Origin: Sulfurimonadaceae bacterium
GTDB lineage: Bacteria > Campylobacterota > Campylobacteria > Campylobacterales > Sulfurimonadaceae
Assembly (NCBI GenBank): GCA_041571435.1
Contig: JBFFUI010000003.1
Coordinates: 32,001 to 96,000, forward strand
DNA length: 64,000 nucleotides
Direction of reading: 5' to 3'
Positions 55,222 to 64,000 of this stretch are shown here, one piece after another. The position numbers and the translations under genes are program-made. Position 1 is the stretch's first letter, and each line of letters opens with the position of its first letter. Below the pieces are notes generated by a model. The model saw only the letters and a list, made by a program, of their open reading frames with translations. It was not told the DNA's origin and ran no database searches.

Positions 55222-57354
55222 CTATCGTTTTTGCACTGTCTGCAGTACAAACGTCGAAGCAATGCCCAGCGCGATCACCAGGCCGATGTGATGCAGTGCT
55301 CCGATATGGCTAAAGACAAAGATTCCGAAACCGGCGAAGGTGGTGAGCATGGCATAATAGATCGCTTCGTCTGTCTCCTCTTTGACATCGCTCATGTAGA
55401 TGCCGTAGTCGATGGCTGCTACCATCACGATGATGAGTGCAAAAAGATGCATCACCGAGAATGAACCGAGCAGCGCCAGCGTTACAGCGATGACACCAAG
55501 AGGAAAGAGGACATAGTTCATGGCAATCAGGGCCCGTTCTTTCAACAAAACGACGAGCAGAAGCGAAATGAATCCAAAGGTCAGTGCCGCAATGACGACA
55601 AGCTGATCCAAAACATCTTCCACGCCTTTTTGCAGCAGCGTAGAGGCTTCCAACAACACCAGGTCGTCATCATAAGGAAGTGCATCGGCCTCGCTTGCAT
55701 CAATAAAGGCCAGGCTCATCCACCTTCCGTCATCAAGTTGCAGGGTCTCAAAGCCCATAGTTTTTGCAACGACTAGATCCGGTTCGGTGTAGGTTATGTT
55801 ATCGGTAAACCTGTAAGCATTGCTGAAGGTGCCGCTGCGAAAACCTACCTGGGTTGCTATACGTTCCAAAGTCTCGCGCAGGCTCCCGAAATCGATCGCT
55901 TTAACCTTATGGGCATACGCGTCAAAACCCTCTTTGGACCTGTTTATCTTAGCCAAGGAGCGGAATGAAGCGTTCTTTTTCTGAACGGCTTCCATCTTAA
56001 GCAGCATCTCATCCAAAGAGTGTCCGTAGACCAACACCGCACGCTCATCGGAGGCACCGCTTTTGACCTTCTCCTGCAAGGCGAGAAGTTTTGTATTTTG
56101 ATAGTCAAGCTGGCGAAGGTCACCGTTGAAACGCAGTTGCGAGAAAGCAGCCGCGAGCAGCAGCAAGGAGAGAGCCAACACCATTTTAGAACCGATGAGC
56201 CCTTTTGTGACCGCCCGAAGCCGAAACCGTTTGGCTTTGGGTTCAAACTGCCACGATGCAAATAAAAAACTGAACTGAAAGTAGGAGAAAGCCAAGGCGG
56301 CGATCCCAAACAGTGCCAGCTGCTGAATCAGTGGGAAATCTGCAAAGTAAAGGATGCCAAAACCGCTCACCGTTGTCAAAAAAGCGTAAAAGACTTTTTT
56401 GCGACTCTTCTCTTTACCTGTGTAATAGCTGTGAAAGTAGTAATGAAAAAAGTAATCCACCGCCATCATCGCAATACCGGAGCCAAAGGCAAGCGTAAAG
56501 ATGGAGACCTTTGGAAAGATAAAAGTGACCGCAGCAAGACCGACAAAAAGCGAAGAGCCCAATGCGATAGAGGTCAGCAACAAGACTTTAAAGTCGCGTA
56601 GGGTAAAGGCGTAAAAAAGCAGCAAAAGTATCATCGTTACGGTGATGATAAGGTTGACTTCACTTTTTATTTTGGCAGCGTTCTCAGCCGTAAAGAAATG
56701 CGGTGCAAAAGTGGTCACATCGGCGCCATAACCGTCGACAATGGCGTGCACCTCGTCGTAAAGTCTTTGTGATCCTTTTACATCGGCCACCCTGATCTTC
56801 AGAGTCGCCGTCAGCATATAGTTCTGGCCGTTGAAAAGCGCGATACCGTTTTTGCTTTTGGCTCCCGTCTGCTGCATCGGATCACTGAAAAGCTTCAGCG
56901 GATCAGAGGTGTTGAGACCGCTGAAGAGAAACGAGCTCTGCATCTCGTTATAGAGGCTCTTTAGCCGTGTTTCGATGTAGGCAGGCGAGGTTCTTGAGTT
57001 ATTCAGGCCAAGACGCTCTGCGTAGTGCTTACGCAAATACGCCGCAGTCGGCGAGTGGATACTGTCGACTTTGAAGAACAGCTCCTCGATCCCTTCTGTT
57101 GCCTGCAACTTTGCCGCTATCGTCTCCAAACGCTCTTTGGAGGCAGTGTCGCTCCCCTTTGAGATGACCATCAGACGGTTGAGCGTCTGCAGTTGCGAAG
57201 CGTCTTCGAGCTGTTTGGTATAGCTGTTCTGCGGAAAGATGGCGAGCATGTCGGTACTGAAATGTGACGGCGAGAAAAGAAGTCCCGCCGAGAGCATAAT
57301 GCTCAGGTAGATAAAGAGGTAGAGTTTATTGGGCAATAAAGAGCGTAATTTCAT
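55222..57354 (-). CDS. MMPL/RND-like exporter (aryl-polyene cluster type)
   Basis: Two repeats of periplasmic domain + TM bundle; AVDYFFH, FLTT, AIDYGIY and LTTFAGFG motifs. Confidence 0.85.
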   Translation of the reverse strand: MKLRSLLPNKLYLFIYLSIMLSAGLLFSPSHFSTDMLAIFPQNSYTKQLEDASQLQTLNRLMVISKGSDTASKERLETIAAKLQATEGIEELFFKVDSIHSPTAAYLRKHYAERLGLNNSRTSPAYIETRLKSLYNEMQSSFLFSGLNTSDPLKLFSDPMQQTGAKSKNGIALFNGQNYMLTATLKIRVADVKGSQRLYDEVHAIVDGYGADVTTFAPHFFTAENAAKIKSEVNLIITVTMILLLLFYAFTLRDFKVLLLTSIALGSSLFVGLAAVTFIFPKVSIFTLAFGSGIAMMAVDYFFHYYFHSYYTGKEKSRKKVFYAFLTTVSGFGILYFADFPLIQQLALFGIAALAFSYFQFSFLFASWQFEPKAKRFRLRAVTKGLIGSKMVLALSLLLLAAAFSQLRFNGDLRQLDYQNTKLLALQEKVKSGASDERAVLVYGHSLDEMLLKMEAVQKKNASFRSLAKINRSKEGFDAYAHKVKAIDFGSLRETLERIATQVGFRSGTFSNAYRFTDNITYTEPDLVVAKTMGFETLQLDDGRWMSLAFIDASEADALPYDDDLVLLEASTLLQKGVEDVLDQLVVIAALTFGFISLLLVVLLKERALIAMNYVLFPLGVIAVTLALLGSFSVMHLFALIIVMVAAIDYGIYMSDVKEETDEAIYYAMLTTFAGFGIFVFSHIGALHHIGLVIALGIASTFVLQTVQKR

Positions 57355-57811
57355 CGCCGTTACTCATCTTTGTCATAATCTTCTCCAGCCCTTTGGCACT
57401 ACGGTGGACCACAACAGATTTTATCACTTTGTCCACCGGGGCAATCGGGGTAAGCATCACCACAGTCGTCGTTTGCTTGATCGTAAAATTTTCACTCAAG
57501 GCTGCATAATCGCCGCGATAGAGCTTATGGATAAAGTCCATGTAGACCTTCATCATCGGCTGTTCGTTGAGATCGACATGCTGTAGGGTATTGCCGCTGG
57601 CATCGGTGACATCCATGTAGGCGCCGTCATAGTTTATATGGCGCAGTTCGGGTTCCGTATACTCTATCTTCATCCCCGTATCGTCAAAAGTAATCGCACC
57701 TTTCATGTTTAAGGACTTGTCGATACTGTAGATATACCGTTGCTCTTTGAAGTTGTAACTGCCTGCAAAAAGCGTCATAAACGCCAGAAAAAGAAATACC
57801 GTTATCTTCAT
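57326..57811 (-). CDS. LolA-like periplasmic carrier protein
   Basis: Signal peptide; FKEQRY...L..KG, IEYTEP, F..LYRGD..AL..NF, LTP and NGD motifs. Confidence 0.75.
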   Translation of the reverse strand: MKITVFLFLAFMTLFAGSYNFKEQRYIYSIDKSLNMKGAITFDDTGMKIEYTEPELRHINYDGAYMDVTDASGNTLQHVDLNEQPMMKVYMDFIHKLYRGDYAALSENFTIKQTTTVVMLTPIAPVDKVIKSVVVHRSAKGLEKIMTKMSNGDEITLFIAQ

Positions 57812-58548
57812 GCAAAATTCCTTGTCACTTCTATCTGCATCACCTCTCTGACACGGCGCATCAAAGAGCGTACACTCTCATCTTCTTGTGGGTAGATCGG
57901 GTCCAGAAATGTCACTGCAATGTCAGTCTTTTGTTGAGTCTTGGCGATGTTAGAGCCTTTTGAGACAATCCGACCCGTACCGTCGATAATAACCGGAACA
58001 ATAGGAAGCTTGTTGTCGACACTGAGACGAAAAGCCCCTTTTTGAAAGGGCAGCAGTGTGTCAGAATAGTTGCGGGTTCCTTCGGGGAAGATAAAGACAT
58101 TGACATTGTTTTGCAGCGCTCTGGAGAGTCGGTTAAAAACGGTAATCGCTGCATTGGGGTTATGTTTTTCCATATAATAGACACCCACCAGACGGGGGAT
58201 CCTCAGAAAGACCGGCAGATCGCTGATAGGGTGGTTGGAGATCGTTGCAAAGTTCTGGATTATGCTACCGAGCAGGACAAAGTCAATCGATGACTGGTGT
58301 GAAGCGACATAGATAGCGGGTTTACAGCCGTTAAGGTTATTGCTGTTGTTAATAGTAATATCACCGATAACTGGAGATGCCTTCAAAAAAATGCGCCAGA
58401 AAAAGCGGACAACCACTTGAAATGACCAGCGAGGGTCACCGCCGGAAATCCAGACTAGCAGGGTGAACGTACCGGCGAAAACAAGTGCCAGGAGCATCAA
58501 AAAGATAAAAAGCCCGTAGATATAGGCGCTTAACAGTTTACTTGACAC
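57808..58548 (-). CDS. Lysophospholipid acyltransferase (PlsC-like)
   Basis: HQSSID (HxxxxD), IFPEGTR and FQKGAF motifs; GTG 58548 preferred. Confidence 0.9.
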   Translation of the reverse strand: MSSKLLSAYIYGLFIFLMLLALVFAGTFTLLVWISGGDPRWSFQVVVRFFWRIFLKASPVIGDITINNSNNLNGCKPAIYVASHQSSIDFVLLGSIIQNFATISNHPISDLPVFLRIPRLVGVYYMEKHNPNAAITVFNRLSRALQNNVNVFIFPEGTRNYSDTLLPFQKGAFRLSVDNKLPIVPVIIDGTGRIVSKGSNIAKTQQKTDIAVTFLDPIYPQEDESVRSLMRRVREVMQIEVTRNFA

Positions 58549-59059
58549 CGCGAACCTTTCCGTAGATGATCTGAAGGACCAACGCACCTCCGAAGAGAAG
58601 GTACCAGCCTACTGTCGTATAGAGTGCCCAGATCTGCATCGAAGCAAACAAGACAGCCACCTGCAGCACCAGGTTGACCGTTGTAATGATCAGCCAGTAG
58701 ACATGGGAGCTTTCAATAAAGGCCAGTTTTTCATCGCTCCAGGCAACCTTGGGCGTCTTCCGGACCATTGTAGCCAAAAAGGGTCTCTTCATGATGACGG
58801 CTTCTGCAAATTTGACAAAAAAGAGCGAGGTGATCAGCACCGGGAGCAGCTTGAAAACAAGTGTTGAGTCCAAGAGCCAGACCAAAAGACCAACAACGGT
58901 TGCAGCCAAAGGGACCAGAACATTTTTAAAACGGTTTTTAATCAGTTCGTAGAGTGTCCAGGGTGCCGCAAGGCTGAAGAGCGCGACACCTACAGTGTGG
59001 GGTTCAAAAAAGCGAAGACCTACTACTATGAAGAGAACATAGAGCAGTGTCAATAACAT
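58538..59059 (-). CDS. Membrane protein typical of aryl-polyene clusters (COG4648-like)
   Basis: Multi-TM; KLLPVLI and WALYT..GWYLLFG motifs; follows the ACP. Confidence 0.65.
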   Translation of the reverse strand: MLLTLLYVLFIVVGLRFFEPHTVGVALFSLAAPWTLYELIKNRFKNVLVPLAATVVGLLVWLLDSTLVFKLLPVLITSLFFVKFAEAVIMKRPFLATMVRKTPKVAWSDEKLAFIESSHVYWLIITTVNLVLQVAVLFASMQIWALYTTVGWYLLFGGALVLQIIYGKVRGVK

Positions 59060-59066
59060 TAAAGGC

Positions 59067-59306
59067 TTATCCTCTAGTCATGATCAGCGCAACGAACTCG
59101 TCCACTGTACGGATTTTCTGTGCATCTTCAGCTTTTAGGTCAATATTGAGTTTTTTATCCATCATGACAATGAGATCGATCGCGTCTAGACTGTCCATAT
59201 CAAGATCTTCAAAAAAGTTGGCACCTTCGACGATCTCATCCTCTTCGACTTCAAATTCTTCTATTAAAACTTCTTTTAGCGTTGCTCTTACCAACTCTTC
59301 GGTCAT
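59067..59306 (-). CDS. Acyl carrier protein
   Basis: Acidic 79-aa protein with DLDMDSLDAID phosphopantetheine site. Confidence 0.95.
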   Translation of the reverse strand: MTEELVRATLKEVLIEEFEVEEDEIVEGANFFEDLDMDSLDAIDLIVMMDKKLNIDLKAEDAQKIRTVDEFVALIMTRG

Positions 59307-60541
59307 TACTGTTCCTCTATTTTTTTAAAGATAAGCGAGGTGTTGATCCCACCAAATGCAAAATTGTTATTCATAACTATATCATGATTACCATAACGGT
59401 GTTCGAAAAGATAATCAAGCGGTGCGCAGGTCTCATCGACCTTTACAAGGTTTTTGTTTGCCGGCATCAGCCCCGTTTTCAGACTGATAAGACCGATGAT
59501 CGACTCGACGACACCGCATCCGCCGAGGATATGTCCCATGTACCCTTTGGTGCTGCTAATCGGCGTTTTGTCGCCGAAGACAGCGTAGGTCGCATGCGAT
59601 TCGGCAATGTCCCCTTTAGGCGTGGATGTTGCGTGGGCATTGATGTAACCGACTTTGTCCGGTGTGATCTGTGCATCGTCAAGCGCCAGACGCATCACCT
59701 GTTCCATTCCCTCACTCGAAGGAGTGGTGATGTGTTCACCGTCGCATGAGGTCGCATACCCGATGATCTCGCCATAGATCTTGGCACCACGTGCCTTTGC
59801 CGCTTCATACTCTTCCAGAACCAGAGTGCCGGCACCCTCAGCCGTGACCAGTCCGTCACGTTTGGTATCGAACGGGCGCGGTGTCTGATCCGGCTTGTCA
59901 TTGTATTCGGTTGATGTGGCTGCCATGATCTCAAAGATGCCTGCGTTGTAGGGGTGCGCCTCTTCCGAACCGCCGACAAACATCATGTCGCTCATACCGT
60001 ACTTAATACTCTCATAACCGATACCGATTGCCATCGACGACGAAGTACAGGCGGAGCAGGCAGGGATGTTGCGCCCGCGGATCTTGAACATCGCTGCGAT
60101 ATTGGCAGCGACCGTATGGCTCATAAACTGCAGAAAGCTCATGGAGTTCTGGCCGTTAAACGTCATCTCTTTCGAGATGGTCCCGATAGAGTCGAACAGT
60201 GCTTCGTCAGAGCCCATTGTCGAACCGAACGAGATACCCGTTCGGGGATTGGATATCTGCTCTTCGCTCAAGCCTGCATCCGCAACGGCATCCTGCATCG
60301 TCTTAGCTGCCATGATCGCAACACGTCCCATGGAACGTCGGCTTTTACGCGGAATCGCTTTATAGTCGTTCCAGTTGACAATGCCGCAGACACGTGTCTT
60401 GAAATCTTTGTACGCAGACCACTCTTCGATATGCTGTACACCGCTCTTGGAGTTTTCCAAGGCCTCTTGGAGTTCCTGCATATCATTACCGATCGGCGAC
60501 AAAACACCGACACCGGTAATTACAACACGACGTGTATTCAT
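59306..60541 (-). CDS. Beta-ketoacyl-ACP synthase
   Basis: SACTSS, YINAHATST, KGYMGHILG and NNFAFGGIN motifs. Confidence 0.93.
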   Translation of the reverse strand: MNTRRVVITGVGVLSPIGNDMQELQEALENSKSGVQHIEEWSAYKDFKTRVCGIVNWNDYKAIPRKSRRSMGRVAIMAAKTMQDAVADAGLSEEQISNPRTGISFGSTMGSDEALFDSIGTISKEMTFNGQNSMSFLQFMSHTVAANIAAMFKIRGRNIPACSACTSSSMAIGIGYESIKYGMSDMMFVGGSEEAHPYNAGIFEIMAATSTEYNDKPDQTPRPFDTKRDGLVTAEGAGTLVLEEYEAAKARGAKIYGEIIGYATSCDGEHITTPSSEGMEQVMRLALDDAQITPDKVGYINAHATSTPKGDIAESHATYAVFGDKTPISSTKGYMGHILGGCGVVESIIGLISLKTGLMPANKNLVKVDETCAPLDYLFEHRYGNHDIVMNNNFAFGGINTSLIFKKIEEQ

Positions 60542-60544
60542 CTT

Positions 60545-61246
60545 CTACCTCACCATTCCGCCACTGATATTGATCGTCTCGGCAGTGATATACGTCGCTT
60601 TGTCCGCTAGGAAAAAGACCACCTCGGCAACCTCTTCAGGCTTGCCGATACGTCGCAGCGGGATCCCTTTTTTCATCTCTTTAAGCGGTAAATCTTCTGT
60701 CATCTCCGACTCGATAAGGCCAGGGGCGACACAATTGACACGGATCTTGTAACGTCCCATCTCCAGCGCCAGCGCTTTGGTAAAAGCGATAATACCGCCC
60801 TTGGTCGCCGAGTAGTTTGTCTGTGCCGTATTGCCGGCAATACCCGAGACCGATGACATATTGATGATGGCGCAGTTTTTCTTGGCGATCATCTTCTCGG
60901 AAACCGCCTTTGTCACATAGAACATGCTGTTAAGGTTGGTATTGATAACATCTTCCCACTCCTCATCTTTCATCCAGAAAAAGAGGTTGTCTTTCGTGAT
61001 ACCCGCATTGTTGACCAGCACATCCAGATCCAGTTCGCCAAAAGCCTCTTTGACGCTCGCTTTGTCACTGACGTCACAGTAAACAATCTCACCATTCTTG
61101 ACCTCATCCAGGATCTCTTGCGCCTTTGCCTGTTGCGAGCGGTAATGTATATAGACATAGTAACCGGCATCGGCAAAGGCGCGGACACACGCCTCACCGA
61201 TCGCACCGGTTGCACCTGTGATCAGGACACGCTTCTGCTCACTCAT
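60545..61246 (-). CDS. 3-oxoacyl-ACP reductase (FabG-like)
   Basis: TGATGAIG, NNAGITKD, YSATK and NCVAPG motifs. Confidence 0.93.
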   Translation of the reverse strand: MSEQKRVLITGATGAIGEACVRAFADAGYYVYIHYRSQQAKAQEILDEVKNGEIVYCDVSDKASVKEAFGELDLDVLVNNAGITKDNLFFWMKDEEWEDVINTNLNSMFYVTKAVSEKMIAKKNCAIINMSSVSGIAGNTAQTNYSATKGGIIAFTKALALEMGRYKIRVNCVAPGLIESEMTEDLPLKEMKKGIPLRRIGKPEEVAEVVFFLADKATYITAETINISGGMVR

Positions 61247-61247
61247 G

Positions 61248-62768
61248 TTAAGAAAGTTCTCCGTTATTGATCATCTCGACCACTTTGACAATTTCAATGT
61301 CCATACGGCGGTCTTCGACCAGTGGCGGGATGACCGTACGGATCTTTCTGTAGATCTTCTCAAGCTGAGGAGAGATCCCCTCATGACCGCGAATATCAAC
61401 AGCCTGTGCCAGTCCCATAAAGGCGATAGCAAGCATATTGTCAAGATCCGGAAGCGTACGTTTGAAGTTCAGTGCCGCTGTTGTTCCCATACTCACCTTA
61501 TCCTGGTTAAGCGATTCTGTAGGACGGGAGAAGACAGAGGCCGGCATAATGTTCATCATAACATCCGCACTCAATGAACTCAGAGAGATCTGCATTGCCT
61601 TGAAACCGTGGTGGTGTGGTTTGTCAGAGAGCTTGAGGTTTTCACCGATCCCGCGGTTGAACTTATGATCGACCAAAAGCGAAAACTGTTTATCAAGCAG
61701 ATCAGCCGCATTGGCAGAACAGATCTTCAACGTGTCCATCGCATGTGCGACATAACCGCCGTAGAAGTTACCTGATGTGTAGATCTTTTTGAACTCGCCG
61801 TCAATGATCGGATTGTCGTTGACCGCGTTACATTCGGTCTCAACCCATTTTTTAGATATCTCAAGGTTATCCCAGACAATCCCCAGTACCTGAGGTGTAC
61901 AGCGGATCGAGTATTTGTCCTGGATACAGAGCGTATCATCATGGAAAAATTTCTCATAGCGCTCATCCTGTGCCTGGACAATGTCTGAGCCTTCAAGTTT
62001 TTTTGCCAGCTGCGCCGCACAGCGGATCTGACCGGCAAAAGGTTTCACCTCATGGACCAGAGGCTGAAGTGGTGTCCCGTCAGCGTGCATCATCTCAAAT
62101 AGACCTGCAATAAAGCTCTCATAAGCGTGCATCCAGTTCTCAAACTTCTGCATTGCAATAATCGCGATTCCGCTCATCGACGCGGTACCGTTCATGATCG
62201 CAAGTGCCTCTTTTGGCTCTAGTTCATACGGCTCGATATCAAGCTCTTTATAGACTTCAGCACTGCTTCGGATCTCGCCTTTGTAGTAGACCTCACGCTC
62301 ACCGACAATCGCTGCCGCAATATAGGAGAGCGGTGTCAAGTCACCGCTGGCACCGACTGAACCCTGCGCTGGGATTACCGGGATAATGTCATTATTGAAG
62401 AAATAGGCCAGACGCTCCAACAGGTTTGCCGTAACACCCGAGTACCCTTTCGAGAGACTTGTCAAACGGATCAACAAAATACGCTTACATTCATCATGCG
62501 TCAGCATCTCACCAATACCGCAACCGTGGAAACGGAAGAGGTTTTTTTGCAGCTCTTTTGCCTGTTCAAACGCTGAATAGTTCGTACCTGCTTCGCCATA
62601 ACCAGTTGTGACACCATAAATCGGCTTGCCCGTAGAGATCTCATTAAGCAAAAACGCGTGTGAATCCGCAATCTTTTTTCGAAAAGCCTCTTCCGTAGAG
62701 ACCGCCACCTTCTCTGTATGACAAAGCTCTTCATAGTCGATATGTTGTGCATTGATTGTAATTGACAT
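61248..62768 (-). CDS. Aromatic amino acid ammonia-lyase (HAL/PAL/TAL family)
   Basis: IYGVTTGYG, MIO motif GSVGASGDL, KEALAIMNGT, QDKYSIRC and NQDKVSMG. Confidence 0.95.
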   Translation of the reverse strand: MSITINAQHIDYEELCHTEKVAVSTEEAFRKKIADSHAFLLNEISTGKPIYGVTTGYGEAGTNYSAFEQAKELQKNLFRFHGCGIGEMLTHDECKRILLIRLTSLSKGYSGVTANLLERLAYFFNNDIIPVIPAQGSVGASGDLTPLSYIAAAIVGEREVYYKGEIRSSAEVYKELDIEPYELEPKEALAIMNGTASMSGIAIIAMQKFENWMHAYESFIAGLFEMMHADGTPLQPLVHEVKPFAGQIRCAAQLAKKLEGSDIVQAQDERYEKFFHDDTLCIQDKYSIRCTPQVLGIVWDNLEISKKWVETECNAVNDNPIIDGEFKKIYTSGNFYGGYVAHAMDTLKICSANAADLLDKQFSLLVDHKFNRGIGENLKLSDKPHHHGFKAMQISLSSLSADVMMNIMPASVFSRPTESLNQDKVSMGTTAALNFKRTLPDLDNMLAIAFMGLAQAVDIRGHEGISPQLEKIYRKIRTVIPPLVEDRRMDIEIVKVVEMINNGELS

Positions 62769-62934
62769 CTATTTTCCCGTTAAACTGTCACTAGATGGTG
62801 CTTTAATAGACATACATGAATAAAAAAGGTGCCCAAATATAACAGTTGTAAATATTTTTTTGTATTCTAGCACTCCAACCTAATAAATTGACTGAAGTTA
62901 TCCATGCGTATGGTGATAATTTACACTGCTATTT

Positions 62935-63657
62935 TTATTTAGCCGAGGGGGATTTTATACCTATAAGCCGAAGCAGGTTCTTGGCAAAAAGCCTTGCATG
63001 CAATTTACTCAGCCTGACGTTGTCTGTCACAGCATCAAAATGGCTGACACGCTCTTCGGGTTTTGGATAATGGACCTCGATCTCGACTTCCTCTATGCAC
63101 CCGCCGCTCCAGACATAACGCACCAGCACTTCGATCTCAAAGTCATAACGCCGTTTCTCAATAGGCAGGTCTAATACAGCGACCGGGTACGAACGGAATC
63201 CGGACTGGGTGTCGTCGAGATGCAGACCTGTCTCCGTCCAGATCCAGAAGTTGCTGAACTTGCGTCCAAACTTCGATGAGCCGGGAACGTTCTCTGCAAA
63301 TCTTCGACACCCGATCACGATACATTTGTCAAGGTCTTTGCCGATAAAGTTGGCGATCTCGTGCGGAAAGTGCTGTCCATCGCCGTCAACAACAAAAAAA
63401 GAGTCAAACCCCAGCTCTTTGGCTTTATGCCCGCCCGTCAAAATGGCTTCGCCCTTGCCCTTGTTCAATTCATGTCTTATAAGGTAGAGGTTTTCATCTT
63501 CATCAATGTTTAACATGACACCCGGTTCGGAACCGTCATCAACGACGATGACCGTACTTTTTGTTTTCAAGGCAGCATAGACAACTTCTTCTATAGTATC
63601 AGGATTGTTGTATACCGGTATTACAATACAGCTTTTATACAATGAGGACTCTCTCAT
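62935..63657 (-). CDS. Glycosyltransferase family 2
   Basis: VIPVYNN, VDDGS, NKGKG, DGDGQH, DTQSGFR and FEIEVL motifs. Confidence 0.92.
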   Translation of the reverse strand: MRESSLYKSCIVIPVYNNPDTIEEVVYAALKTKSTVIVVDDGSEPGVMLNIDEDENLYLIRHELNKGKGEAILTGGHKAKELGFDSFFVVDGDGQHFPHEIANFIGKDLDKCIVIGCRRFAENVPGSSKFGRKFSNFWIWTETGLHLDDTQSGFRSYPVAVLDLPIEKRRYDFEIEVLVRYVWSGGCIEEVEIEVHYPKPEERVSHFDAVTDNVRLSKLHARLFAKNLLRLIGIKSPSAK

Positions 63658-63796
63658 ATTTAATTTGCCAAATTATAACAGAGCGCGCCTTTATCGGATA
63701 AACCGATAATTCACTCCTATAAACGCTTTATTACAAGTTATTATATACATTCGGTTCGATATAATTCGCAAATGTTACTATAATTGAAGGAATTGA

Positions 63797-64000
63797 ATGA
63801 CTGAGTGTGATGTATTTATTATCGGAGGCGGTCCGGCCGGCTCAATTGCTGCGTTAAAACTGGTAAAAGCTGGCTATAAAGTCGAACTTGTCGAAAAAGT
63901 TAAATTTCCCCGTTTTGTTATTGGAGAGTCCCTTCTTCCACGTTGTAATGAGATTTTAGATGAGGCCGGGATCCTTGATGTTATCGAAAATGCAGGGTTC
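63797..64000 (+). CDS. FAD-dependent oxidoreductase/halogenase-like protein (5' part only)
   Basis: Manual translation MTECDVFIIGGGPAGS...EKVKFPRFVIGESLLP, a Rossmann motif plus the FPR..IGESL signature. Confidence 0.85.
   Translation, partial: MTECDVFIIGGGPAGSIAALKLVKAGYKVELVEKVKFPRFVIGESLLPRCNEILDEAGILDVIENAGF

Larger units (their letters stand above)
51479..64000. other. Aryl-polyene/flexirubin-like type II PKS-FAS biosynthetic gene cluster (incomplete at right edge)
   Basis: Co-localised ammonia-lyase, ligase, two KS, KR, ACP, acyltransferase, LolA-like, MMPL, GT2 and FAD enzyme. Confidence 0.8.

Noticed and set aside
1-64000. CRISPR array, IS transposase, integrase, prophage or rRNA
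   Set aside because: No regularly spaced repeats and no ORFs with such motifs were seen.

Overview
Chromosomal window from a Campylobacterota (epsilonproteobacterial) genome, probably Sulfurimonas/Sulfuricurvum-like. This is inferred from the TGnTATAAT promoters, the dimeric dUTPase and the C. jejuni-like order rplY-pth-lptG-lysA-HAD-pheA-hisC-[fliFGH]-dxs. Core genes include tRNA-CAT, groESL, surE, tcdA, a two-component pair, feoAB, pssA, rmuC, a DEAD-box helicase, pgeF, dxs, hisC, pheA, lysA, pth, rplY, a PilT-family ATPase and tal. Accessory or unusual content: (1) a three-gene operon of a 7TM protein with an apparently active transglutaminase triad, an ATP-grasp ligase and a membrane-anchored TPR protein, a candidate peptide-polymer or tagging system; (2) three paralogous small outer-membrane barrels with a conserved IDxSL tail, interleaved with two related exported proteins; (3) an ovothiol operon (ovoA plus C-S lyase) coupled to a sirtuin and an ADP-ribosylglycohydrolase; (4) fliF-fliG-fliH apparently collapsed into one small membrane/FliG-like ORF; (5) an aryl-polyene/flexirubin-like type II PKS cluster running off the right edge; (6) several highly structured intergenic elements, including two diverged copies of a ~200-bp repeat with compensatory changes; (7) an AT-rich nadE islet behind the tRNA and three gene remnants or frameshifts. 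No CRISPR array, transposase or integrase was seen. All calls come from reading motifs by eye; no database searches were run.
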